A stretch of 64,000 nt of DNA from Takakia lepidozioides (lineage: Eukaryota > Plantae > Bryophyta). A program made the translations under genes and the position numbers. The stretch's first letter is position 1; each line of letters starts with the position of its first letter. The notes beneath the pieces are model-generated. The model was not told the origin of the DNA and searched no databases. It was given only the letters and a program-made list of their open reading frames with translations. Positions 13,341-24,562 of the stretch are shown here, piece by piece. Location: the NCBI GenBank assembly GCA_030704615.1, contig CM060731.1, positions 72,726,001 through 72,790,000 of the forward strand, given 5' to 3'.

Positions 13341-13905
13341 AACCTGGCCTTGTGCATCTTCACCCCTTCTACCACTCTGAATCACTCGCATCTGTTGTCG
13401 CCATTTGAGTGGTTAGATTGTTGAGAGACCTGTAAGACCATCCCAGTGGAACATCAGCTGGCTTGCTCCCCACCCCCTCTCTAGCTTGCAATTGAATCAT
13501 AATCTTATCTAGTTTTTTTCTCTCATCTCCAGGAAAATGACCCGCTATCACATTGCTGCACTGTAATTCTGCCAAAATCTTACAATGTCAGGCTATGGCT
13601 GTCATCATAGCCTCCACACCAATGTATGGATGTGTCCTTCATGAGCAACACTACCCCAAGTCTGCCTTCACCCTGCCCTAACCACAAAACGAAATTAAAG
13701 AATTTCAGTCAACTGTGACCAACATGGGAGGTTTTTGGTGGTTCAAAGCTATTTCACGAGTAAAATACTTACACCACTTGGTTGTGGTGGAAGACCTGCA
13801 ATTATACCATATCGTACACATCACTTACTTGTGGTGGCAATCTTGCAATCCAATATCCACAAGCAAGCAGATTTATTTCGTCTTGACCAAGCTGTCATGG
13901 CAAGC

Positions 13906-14579
13906 CTGTCGTGCGCATACATATCGCTACACAACTACATCGCTGTCCAAAACCACACAACACATGTGCACGCCACACACTAGTATATCACTAGTCCACC
14001 ACTAGTCCAACCACTAGGCTACAACTAGTCAGTCACTAGGCTGTCACTATGCTGCCCACTATGGCAGTCACTAGTCCACACAATGATAAAGAGGAAGAAT
14101 ACAAGCACAAGCTCATGCGAGCTCACAAAGCTGAAGCATAAACTCATGCATATATAAATTCATCACTCAAATACAAGTCAAGCCAAGTGCACCCCACGCC
14201 ATGGGGAATCCACACTACAGCGCCATAGCTAGGCGCGGTGAGGCTCAACTCGAGAAAGATGAGCCTCCCGCGCTTGTCGTGAAGATAACCACTCCAGGGC
14301 CTAAATCTGCCTTAACCCCTGGATTGACACTTGGGCCAATCCCAAATGTCAATATATAAAAGCTAGCTATTTCCTAGCTAGTTTCACACTAGTGGTAAAA
14401 TAACTTGACAGCTGTCGTGCGCATACATATCGCTACACAACTACATCGCTGTCCAAAACCACACAACACATGTGCACGCCACACACTAGTATATCACTAG
14501 TCCAACCATTAGGCTACAACTAGTCAGTCACTAGGCTGCCACTATGCTGCCCACTCTGGCAGTCACTAGTCCACACAAT
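13906..14579. repeat. Two ~170-bp direct repeats (13906-14084 and 14412-14579), probably LTR sequence of the adjacent Gypsy remnant
   Basis: Near-identical copies TGTCGTGCGCATAC...AGTCCACACA. The second copy abuts cgcccccctagc, a PPT on the minus strand. Confidence 0.75.
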
Positions 14580-15506
14580 CGCCCCCCTAGCTGGTGCTTA
14601 GGTCCCTCTAAGTCCACGTAGCCACAAGATGTGATAGTGACCATAGCCTCACTAAGTCCTCCACCACTATCCCTACTACACTCAAACTCGATAGATCAAG
14701 AGGCCGGGTGCAAGAGTTGCCCCATCGTTAGTTGCCGTCTTGCAACCTGTGAACTTGAGCTTGGGATCTCATGTATTGACTCCTATGAGCTTGGCCTCCC
14801 ATGTCTTGTTAGCTCCCTCCAGTCATGTCCACTGCCACTATCCCAAGCAGTGTGGACACAACCAATCTCCGTCAGGAACCTTCTCAAGAGGTGGTGTCAA
14901 GCATCCCATATGCCAACCCCTTGAGCATCGATCACACACCAGCATGGTGGCTACCCCTTTGGCAGACCCACAGAGCATGCACCTCAAACCTGCAGTACCA
15001 CTGCCAAGTTTGGGTCAACTCTGCCATCGACATTGGGAAGGTGACATGGCGCACAATTACGCACATGGTCCTTCCAAGTCATGCCATCCCGACCCTCCAA
15101 GATCAGGACCCCTGAGGGCAACACCTCTCGAACCCTCAGAATAACACGCCCTGCAGTAACATCCAGAGTCGTAGGAGCAGTCTGCTGCAAATAAACATAG
15201 TCACCAGGGCTAAACCTCCGAACCCCAGGACGATATCATCCACCACGTATAGTGGCATACCTCAACGTATCACGGTGCTGTGCAATGGCAAGGTTCTCAA
15301 AAGCCATGGGCATGACTTTCTTGAACAACTCTGCATGCTGATCACATGCACGTACCCACACGTCCGGATCGTCAAGGTTAAGGATTTGAGCAGTGTCCCT
15401 ACGAATGGCTGCAGGCAAATCCGGCTCTCAGCCAAAGAGAAGGAAATATGGTGAAAAGGAGGCAAGTGATGCTTGTTTGCTGAACCTGTAGCCCATGGCT
15501 AACCAA
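14580..15506 (-). mobile_element. Gypsy integrase C-terminus with a terminal PHD finger (degenerate)
   Basis: Minus translation PWLAMGYRFSKQAS..FSPYFLLFG*EP...AIAQHRDTLRY...FSPGDYVYL...HVRNCAPCHLP, then after a frameshift CMLC...CDRC...WHMGC...WLCPHC* (~14985-14838). Confidence 0.85.
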
Positions 15507-15600
15507 GGGGGGGTGCTATTCTGTGAGCCTGGAGGCGTGAGCCTGTGAGCCCAAGAAACCGTGAGCCCAGCACAGGCTCACGCCACGTCAGCATACATAC
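15506..15600 (+). mobile_element. Probable DNA-transposon terminus (G-run followed by repeated GTGAGCC motifs) truncating the Gypsy remnant
   Basis: gggggggtgctattctgtgagcc followed by three more gtgagcc copies and an inverted ggctcac. No partner end was found. Confidence 0.35.
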
Positions 15601-15749
15601 AGGGCCTATTTCCGCGGGTGTCACCTATTTCCACGGGTTGATCAGCCATTTCCCGGGAATGCAGAGTGGATATGTTACATCCATTGTATCCATTGCATCC
15701 ATGCAGACGTTATCAACATACCAAGCCCTCACAAGTTTATGTGGGTACG

Positions 15750-16025
15750 TCGTGAGGAGGTGCACACTGACATGATCTAAAGCGGAACCCTGCGAAATCT
15801 TTTCTTACTCACCACCCTTGCGAACATGCCAGGTATGTGCGGGAGCATCATGGATGCTCATTAGATTTGAGAATGCCTCACAGCTCTTTGATGAGGTGGA
15901 CTTCACCGTGATGGATTCACCAACCATTCTTCTAGCAGGAATGGTATGGAGACCAACGACCAAATGATGCGAGAATGCTGTACACGAACCAAAGTCGTTT
16001 GTTTGTTTTTGCAATGCACTCAAGT
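15750..16025 (+). pseudogene. PPR remnant similar to the 2720-2990 region
   Basis: EEVHTDMI*SG..LFLLTTLANM..MCGSIMDAH*. The string tgcgggagcatcatggatgctca is shared with 2801-2823. Confidence 0.7.
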
Positions 16026-16540
16026 CTGTGAGGTCCAGAGAACACTAAATAGATTGAAGGAACAATCCGGGCAGTCCATGCAACCCCCATCTCCAACAAT
16101 AGTTTGTTCCCATTAATGTGCATTCCACGCACACATTGCAAACAGGACAACAAGGACACACTACCATCCCATTTCAAATTTGGCCCCGAATAAAACCAAA
16201 AGAAAACTTCATATCAAGTGTCACAGTCATCAGAATCAGTCTCGACCTCCTGTGCTATGTCATCCACAAAGATTCTGGCCCCAACACCACGTCTTCTACC
16301 ACGGCCGTCGATGGGTGGACTCCGAGTGCCATGAACGGTCATGCTTGTTGCGAGTGCCTCCGCATAGACAGGTAGCACGCAAGACCGAGGAGGACTAGAA
16401 AGAAGTCCAAATAGGTGTGATAGCCCTGGAGGGCAAGTGGAAGCACGCGGACTCCTGCACATGTCGACAAAAACCCATTCAGAACACAATATGCAATACA
16501 CAAGTCCAACGAAGAGGATGTCTGCCATGTGAACTTTGCC

Positions 16541-19500
16541 TCAAGAAGAGTGATTCTCGATATTGAAACAACAATGCAAGCATCCACAGGTTGAACAGGC
16601 AAAGTCGGAGTCCAGCTCCTTGTCGGAAGTCTCCTCTGTATCAATATCAGCGGGACGGGGCTTCGGAAGGACTTGAGAAGTGTGTCCACCCAAACCCATC
16701 AGGAGATTATTGTAAATCTCAGCATCCCCTTCAATCCCAAAGAGATGTCAGGCACTGGCCTTGCAAGCGTGGTACGAAGCACCTGTAGTGGAATAGAATG
16801 AAGGAAGCAGACATTGAAGACACATATGGAACGGTGGGAAGTACTGAAAGTGCAAGCTGAATCAAACCTCATGAAATCCGAATGTTGAAGAGACGAACCT
16901 GTGCCCATTGACAAATCCAGAACTCTGGCGTCTGTGTAGGTGCAGCACTCCACAATCGTTTGAATGGTTGGAGGATCTGTCCTGTCGTCTATGAACTTGC
17001 CCCCATGAGTGATGGCGAACTCCGAAATGCCGGCCGGAGTCAAGGTGGATGCACTCGGACGAGACAAACAGCTTCAAACAAACGAGTCTGCGAACAACAC
17101 ATCCAGAAGGAACTAAGAAGCTTCAAAAATCAGGCCCCTTCATATGAGTTCGAGCGACCTACACAACTCCATCCGAGAACCACCAAGAAGAGGAAGAAGA
17201 AGGCAAATTTACCATCTCTCCCGGACGATCCCCCTTCGTAAGGTACATGTTGTTCACACAATTCCATGTCTTCGGGACTCTCATGCCCGAGGCTTTCAAA
17301 TAGCTGGCAAGTGCACGGCGACAGCGAACGTCGGCGGACTGTATGAGCACCAAAACACCTGCATCGGACAGGAAAAAATTGCAAAAGGAGAAAACCCACC
17401 GCCAGTAGCGCTCATCAAAAGCATTCCAACCCGGACAAACACCCGATGGAGGGACATCTAGGACTGCCAACCCATCAGGGATGTCCAAGATTATGAGTTC
17501 GGCTGCATGTTGCTTCTCCTTCCCGTTCACCCAGGATTTGGTCATTTTAGCCTGCAAACAAAATTACAATGGAATACTCAAGAGGATTGAAACGATCCAT
17601 GCCCACTGCAGAGAAGAAGCAAAAGAGAACACGCACCGTGTCGAGGAACTCTACAATCCTCTCCCACACTGGTGATGGCTCGCCCTTGTAATCAGATTTC
17701 TTGGACTCCATCATGGCAAGGAATCCGACGTTGGCCATCTCCAACCTGGTAGGGCGAATGACCCTTGTCGGATGTTCCACTGCATGGTACGGGTCCTTGG
17801 GATCAACCACCCCCTTGTTCTTTCTCACGGATCCCCTACCATGCGGTGGAGTCTGCTGGACATGCACCACTGGGCCAATATCTGCAACACTTCCCTGCCC
17901 TTGTGCCACCTTCCCTCTACCCCTTCCTTTCCCCACAACACCAGCAACATCTTTCCCCTTTGCCTTTCTACCTCTACTCGGGGTATCCTGAGCGGGAGGC
18001 TCCTTCTCTGCAAGAGTCCTCAAATTTCGTTCATGAATGTCGAGGTCGGCTGCTGCGGCAGTGGCTGCAATTCGCTCATTCTCTCTCCTCAAAGACACCT
18101 CCGGAGCTGAGGTCTCAGAAGGAGGGCAATCCAAATACCAACCACAAGAAGAAAGATGGTCTGGGCCCCAGTCATGCAAGATCCCAGTAGTAAACATGGT
18201 CTGATTGCCAGCAGGGACAAGCCAGAGGTCCACGAAATCTGGATGTTTGTCCAAGCAATTCTCTTCCATGAGAACAAACTTTATGTACCTGCAGGAACAA
18301 AGACAGCCTCATTATGCAATGCAATTATTGTCTCTCAGATTTTCCATCACACCAGGAAGACCCCCTTAAACTGTATGCGTCACAGTACATTGCAACCACA
18401 GCACACTAAGTAGCCTGAACGGCCCAGGGTGTGCACCTGTAAAGGCATCGTTTCCAGGCTTTCTCTCCTTTTTCTTGCTGGTCAAGGTCATGTGTTCGAC
18501 TGATGCCACCCTCCTTGCTGAACTCTCTAAAGAAACAAGAGTGTCACACTGTGGCTCTCCATTTCCTCATGTATGCTTCGAAGGAGACCTTCGGTGCTGT
18601 CATAGTGATGCCATAGTCAGCTAGCTGAGTATGCAGAACCGACCGTGCCCTTTCTTCCAACTGCAAAACAATTCAAATGCAAGAATGAACCCAAAAAAAA
18701 TCACAGCGAATGTGAGAGGCAATGGAAAGAGAAGGACAGGAAAAGATAAAAGAAAGTGACACAGGAAAGGACATCACACCTGGCTCCAGTAAGTGGCCTT
18801 GTGTAGCCATGTGTCCAGCACATTGTCACTGACTGGAATGACACACTGGGTCTTCTTCTCTTTCTCCGGCTTGGGGAACATGTGGGTATCCCTAACTGTG
18901 GGATCGGAGTTCCATATCTGTAGCCACTTCACCTTCTGTTCTGAAGACACAACGGCGGTAGACAACCTGTGTAACTTCTCCTGGGCCATCTCTGGCTTGC
19001 CTGGCTTGTTATAATGGTTTTTTATCTCCAAGAGAAACTGCGATCCGAATGATGGGTCGGCAATTCTCAACTGCTTCACAAAAGCACTCATTATAGTCCT
19101 TCTTGTAGCGGTCATCTCTTTTTGGATGTGAGTCTCAACCCCCTTTGCTGTCCTTCTCTCCTCAGGGGTTGACCTGTAGTATTCCAGTTTGCCACGCTCC
19201 CATGCATCTGCAATGTCTTGCTGCAAGGGAATGCACGAGAGTTGCATCAACCCAAGGGCAAGGGAAACAAACAGAAACAAACATGTGGAAGCAGGAATAT
19301 GGAAAGGGCAGATGAAGGAAGATGTATCTCACCGTGTACATGTACTCCATGAAAGCCTCACGTGTCAACGATTACCACGTTTCCGATGTCTTGGAGCTTT
19401 CGCACTTCTTGTACGTCTCTGCTGAAAGGATGGTCTTGAAATTGGTCAAGGGCATCTGCCCGATCCTTTGTATCCTATACAATGTGTGAACCAGACTCGT

Positions 19501-22500
19501 TTTGACATGCGATGTCTCCGTTCCTCTGCAGAATGATATCTGAAAGTCAGAATGAAATTCAAGGACTTTAATCAAAGAACCACAGAACTACAAGTGGAAC
19601 ATGTAGAATGAGAAACCAACCTGTTCACATCATTCATTGCCGTCAGAAGACCCATCATGTTCCCCTCACAATCCAGCACCATCGATCGAACAGAGTAATG
19701 CCACTCTTCCTCCTGTGAGTGCAGCCTCCCAATAACAGCCATCCATGCAAGCAATCGGTGGTTCCCATCCCAAACGTGAAACATCTTCCCCGAGAATGCC
19801 TGGGTGGAAGGTTTCTTGGAGAGAAGAAGTTCGAAGGATTCGTTCACCTGTCTCCAAATAGGATCCCAGGAGTCCACGATTGACTCATCCACAAGGAGCT
19901 CATTGCCTGTGGAATCCTTTGTACAAACGTAAAACACTGCGGATCCATCCAAATACCCATGAACAAACTCGGCCTCTAGCTTGAGAATGTCCTTGATGAG
20001 GGGTGGTCGAACGACGGGCATGGAAACCATCCTACACAGAGGAATCTTCAACCTCCCACCCGGGGCAAGCTTACTTTGCACCACAAGCTGAGAGTTTACC
20101 TTCTGACCCCCCAGCATCTCAGCGGCTTTGCTTTCATAGAATTCATCGTCAACATCAACAATGATATCCTTCCCCAGCCCCGAAGGGATCTCCTCCGCCA
20201 CACTTTGCATCTTCTCCTGCAGGGTTGTCCATTCAAATTGATATAAGAGTGAGGCATGAGACGATGGTGTTTGAGCATGGCAAACAGGCCATGTGTCGAA
20301 GAAAAGATGAGCTCAAACAGTGTGCGTTGACGCACACTGTTTGAGCTACAAGGTAAGTGTTCATTGAACCTCAATGAGAAGCCCTTAGTGGCCGATTTTC
20401 AGATGTAAAAAAAATAAAATGTGAGCTCAAACAGTGTGCGTTGACGCACACTGTTTGGGCTGCAAGGTAAGTGTTCAGTGAACCTCAGAGACATGCCACA
20501 TAAGTGTTCATTGAACCTCAGAGACATGCCAGGTAAGTGTTCATTGAACCTCAAAGAGAAGCCCTTAGTGGCCAATTTTCAAATGACAAAGGCAATGACA
20601 AGGTGAGCTCAAACAGTGTGCGTTGACGCACAGTGTTTGAGCTGCCAGGTAAGTGTTCATTGAACCTCAGAGACATGCCTTGTATTGCCGAATTTCACAG
20701 GGGAAAAACAGTGACAAGGTGTGCTCAAACATTGTGCGGCAACGCACACTGTTTGAGCTGCCAGGTAAGTGATGATTGATCCTCAAATACAAACCCTATG
20801 TGGCCGATTTTTGGATGACAAATGCAATGACATGGTGAGCTCAAACAGTGTGCGTTGACGCACACTGTTTGAGCTGCCACGTAAGTGATGATTGATCCTC
20901 AAATACAAACCCTATCTGGCCGATTTTCAGATGAAAATGCAATGACATGGTGAGCTCAAACAGTGTGCGTTGACGCACACTGTTTGATCTGCCAGGTAAG
21001 TGTTCATTGATCCTCAAATACAAACCCTATGTGGCCGATTTTCAGATGACAAATGCAATGATATGGTGAGCTCAAATAGTGTGCGTTGACGCACACTGTT
21101 TGAGCTGCCAGGTAAGTGTTCATTGAACCTCAGAGACATGCCTTGTATTGCCAAATTTCACAGGGGAAAAACAGTGATATGGTGAGCTCAAACAGTGTGC
21201 GTTGACGCACACTATTTGAGCTGCCAGGTAAGTGATGATTGATCCTCAAATACAAACCCTATGTGGCCCATTTTCAGATGACAAATGCAATGATATGGTG
21301 AGCTCAAACAGTGTGCGTTGACGCACACTGTTTGAGCTGCCAGGTAACTGTTCATTGAACCTCCGAGACATGCCTTGTATTGCCGAATTTCACAAAGGGG
21401 AAACAGTGACAAGGTGTGCTAAAACAGTGTGCGGCAACGCACACTGTTTGAGCTGCCAGGTAAGTGATGATTGATCCTCAAATACAAACCCTATGTGGCC
21501 GATTTTCAGATGACAAATGCAATGATATGGTGAACTCAAACAGTGTGTGTTGACGCACACTGTTTGAGCTGCCAGGTAAGTGTTCATTGAACCTCAGAGA
21601 CATGCCTTGTATTGCCGAATTTCACAGGGGAAAAACAGTGACAAGGTGTGCTCAAACAGTGTGCGGCAACGCACACTGTTTGAGCTGCCAGGTAAGTGAT
21701 GATTGATCCTCAAATACAAACCCTATGTGGCTGAATTCAGATGACAAATGCAATGATATGGTGAGCTCAAACAGTGTGCGTTGACGCACACTGTTTGAGC
21801 TGCCAGGTAACTGTTCATTGAACCTCCGAGACATGCCTTGTATTGCCGAATTTCACAGGGGAAAAACAGTGACAAGGTGTTCTCAAACAGTGTGCGGCAA
21901 CGCACACTGTTTGAGCTGCTAGGTAAGTGATGATTGATCCTCAAATACAAACCCTATGTGGCCGATTTTCAGATGACAAATGCAATGACATGGTGAGCTC
22001 AAACAGTGTGCGTTGACGCACACTGTTTGAGCTGCCATGTAAGTGATGATTGATCCTCAAATACATGCCGTTTGTGGCTGTTTTTCAGATGAAAAAACAA
22101 TGACAAGGTGGGCTCAAACAGTGTGCGCCAACGCACACTGTTTGAGCTGCCAAATAGTGGAGAATTGAACCGGGCATATTGGCCCTATCTGGCCGTTTTT
22201 CACACCATCAACCAAGTAAAATGCGGGGCTCAAACAGTGTGCGTCAACGCACACTGTTTCAACATCCAATTCGTGGTGGATTTAACCTGTCGTAGTTCCC
22301 CAATTTGGCCGTTTCAGACATCAACAAGCCAGCAAAATGGAAGGCTCAAACAGTGTGCGTCAACGCACACTGTTTGAGCTTCTTGTTCGCGGTTGATGCA
22401 ACCTGGCAGAGATGTCGTGTGTAGACTATGTTCATATCGAAATAGAATCTCAACTTGGGTTCACATCTACAATGAAGCACAAAGGTGGGTTTCAAAGATC

Positions 22501-22815
22501 GAACCTTTTTTTTTGCTGCTCCAGAAGACTCCCCAATCGCCGGGGACCCTTTGCGCTTCGGACTGCTCTCCACGCCTCTCATGTTCTGGAGCATCTCCCC
22601 CATCCTCTCTTCCACTATTAGGTTCTTTGTGAGGCCAGTGTCAACATCATCTTCGGCGTCTGCCTCTCCCTCGGATGCAGTGTCCTCCTCATCTGTTTTT
22701 GGAACTATGGCAGGCTGCTGTTCTTCCCCGGATTCCTGCTCTTCCATCGCCGAACTTTGCTCTTTGCCCTCTTCTTCCGCCTTTTCCTCTTCGGCCACTC
22801 TTTCCATCCTCATTC
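16541..22815 (-). pseudogene. 9-exon gene for a ParB/Srx-like domain fused to a beta-class N4C/N6A DNA methyltransferase (~1050 aa); this copy is disrupted
   Basis: GT-AG exons: ~22815-22505, 20216-19621, 19525-19333, 19220-18780, 18660-18437, 18288-17637, 17551-17213, 17087-16899, 16782-16541. Motifs: KMFHVWDGNHRLLAW (ParB GxxRxxA); ELIILDIPDGL (motif IV-like); LSDAGVLVLI; spliced IVECCTYTDARVLDLSMGT|GASYHACKASA*HLFGIEGDAEIY (motifs X, I, II). Stops at 19372, 18544 and 16748; one frameshift in exon 8. The start is uncertain (possibly up to ~22960). Confidence 0.8.
20310..22380. repeat. Tandem array of 18 near-perfect 38-bp palindromes (AGCTCAAACAGTGTGCGT-TG-ACGCACACTGTTTGAGCT), ~116-bp period
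   Basis: Copies start at about 20310, 20424, 20606, 20722, 20838, 20953, 21069, 21185, 21301, 21417, 21533, 21649, 21764, 21880, 21996, 22111, 22227 and 22343. The ~78-bp spacers fall into two related types. Confidence 0.97.
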
Positions 22816-23959
22816 TATATCTGGCTCTATTCTTGTTTCTAGAGCTCGTGAAGTATAATGACTTCCTTCTCTTCCTCCTCCGCTGGAAACAAGGGCTCCC
22901 CACGATGCCTCTAGAGCTCTCCAGTTTGACGTTTGCAACAAGGGTTGCTATTGCATGTAACCAAAATCAAAATTGGACATTGTCAACCGTATTTGGATGC
23001 GGGTGTTGTTATTGTGTGCGAACGGAATTTATCCATTTCGGCGTCTTTGTATTATTCAAGAAATAAAATGCTAGAAAATATGACATACGTTGCATGTACT
23101 TGTGATATATGTCAGATGTACTTCGCCGCCTGCCAATAGATGGGCATTAGAGAGGTGAGTTCAAACAGTCGTGCAATCAGTTTTCAGCCCACTGAGCTAG
23201 TAAGGAAGTGCCCAGTATACGACTTATGTGTCACACATTAGTGGAAAAATAAACCAACACCAACTTTCACATCCCTCATCCCATTAGAGCTTTGCCAACT
23301 TCACTGCCTCTTTGGAATGCCCCCCCCCCCGTGAAAAAGCAAGTATAAAGCAAATTCCCAGAGACATGTTTACCAGTGATATATGTCTCGCTGGTAGTCG
23401 TTGAGAAACAAGGCTCTTAAGCTTTGCCCACGAACTCAACATCAAATATGAGTGTTGAATTGGGAGGTATGACACACAACCCTGCAATCCAGCAACTTCT
23501 CACGGTTTAGAAAAGACCTTTCAAAAATGAAGAGAAGGAAGAGATTGAAAGGGAACTACGTGGTTCAGGGCTGGATTAAATGGGGCAGCTTGGCATCAGA
23601 TGGGCCTTGGGTTGCTGCCTACAGCAAAATAGAGAATATGGCATGCTACTGGAGGCATATCAATTGCATATCAAATCCTCCTTGTCCACAACTGACAGAC
23701 CTCTAGAGCTGGCACCAGCAACAATCCATATTTTTTATCTAGGCCATCACCATTGCCAAAGTAAATTTGCCCCTACCTCTCTTGACATAAGATGCCTCTA
23801 TTCTCACTGTGGAATTAGAACGGGAGAACCATGCACTGGTATGAACAGACTCTTACATGGCAGAAACCCTCGACAAACGGGGAGAGAGGAGAAGAGAATG
23901 GAGGTACCGCCGCCCTCGGCAATTGGTGGTTTTTTGGGGAAATAACATAGTGAATGCCT

Positions 23960-24225
23960 ATAATTACTTGTAGGGCCTCCCTCCTATGACAACCATGCTG
24001 GGCATATCCTGCGATCATTGCATTCCAAGACACCACATCTTGTTCGGCCATATCATCGAACACTCCCTTGTCATCCTTGATGCTACCACATTCAAAATAC
24101 ATGTCCACCCAGGTAGAGTTTAGAACAAATACCTCTCGTACTATTCCCATTTTGAGGCTGTCCAATTTCAAGTTCGCACATTCATTGCAAACGCAACCAA
24201 TTGTGACCTTGTCCGGCTTCAGCAT
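23960..24225 (-). pseudogene. PPR remnant, truncated at 24225
   Basis: LKPDKVTIGCVCNECA...WVDMYFECGSIKDDKGVFDDMAEQDVVSWNAMIAGYAQHG. Confidence 0.85.
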
Positions 24226-24562
24226 CACTAAAAGAACTCGTTGTATAGTCGAATACCAATGTCATGAAGGGGGGAATGTATCAAATTGTACACTTGAAGA
24301 CTGCAAACAGGGACAACGATTACAAGTCAATTCAAAGTCTGCAAACTGCATGACTCAATTAAGTATGCTATTTACTACTTCGTGATATTTGCCCACGCCA
24401 CTACATAGTGAAACTGCAAACTGCTTCGAGCTCCAGGTCCAATATTTTGCCAATATCAAATGGATACATGTTCACATATAACAAGTGCTTCATTAAAGAT
24501 AGATGGATGAGGTCATCCAATGGATGAACCCATTCATGTATATGCCTTAAGATGCCACGTGT

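Noticed and set aside
14360-14405. Helitron 3' end (hairpin plus CTAG) or CACTAGTGG TIR; similar string near 23236
   Set aside because: The hairpin is AT-rich and short, no partner end or Rep/Hel sequence was found, and CACTAG is common locally.
20841-22377. Short repeated ORFs (SSNSVRQRTLFEL / AQTVCVNAHC) on both strands
   Set aside because: These are by-products of translating the palindromic array, with frequent stops and no consistent frame.
20310-22380. CRISPR array (palindromic repeats with regular spacers)
   Set aside because: The spacers are ~78 bp and homologous to each other (two alternating types) rather than unique. There are no cas genes, and the context is a eukaryotic intron.
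16541-22815. Bacterial contamination or recent HGT of a parB-methyltransferase operon
   Set aside because: The gene has eight phase-consistent GT-AG introns and is contiguous with plant TEs and PPR relics.
24226-24245. CACTA at 24226 as the partner TIR of the 31789 end
   Set aside because: CACTAAAAGAACTCG does not match CACTACTACAGATTAACG beyond 5 nt, and the flanks are CAT versus TAT. The 2238 end matches over ~33 bp with an identical TSD.
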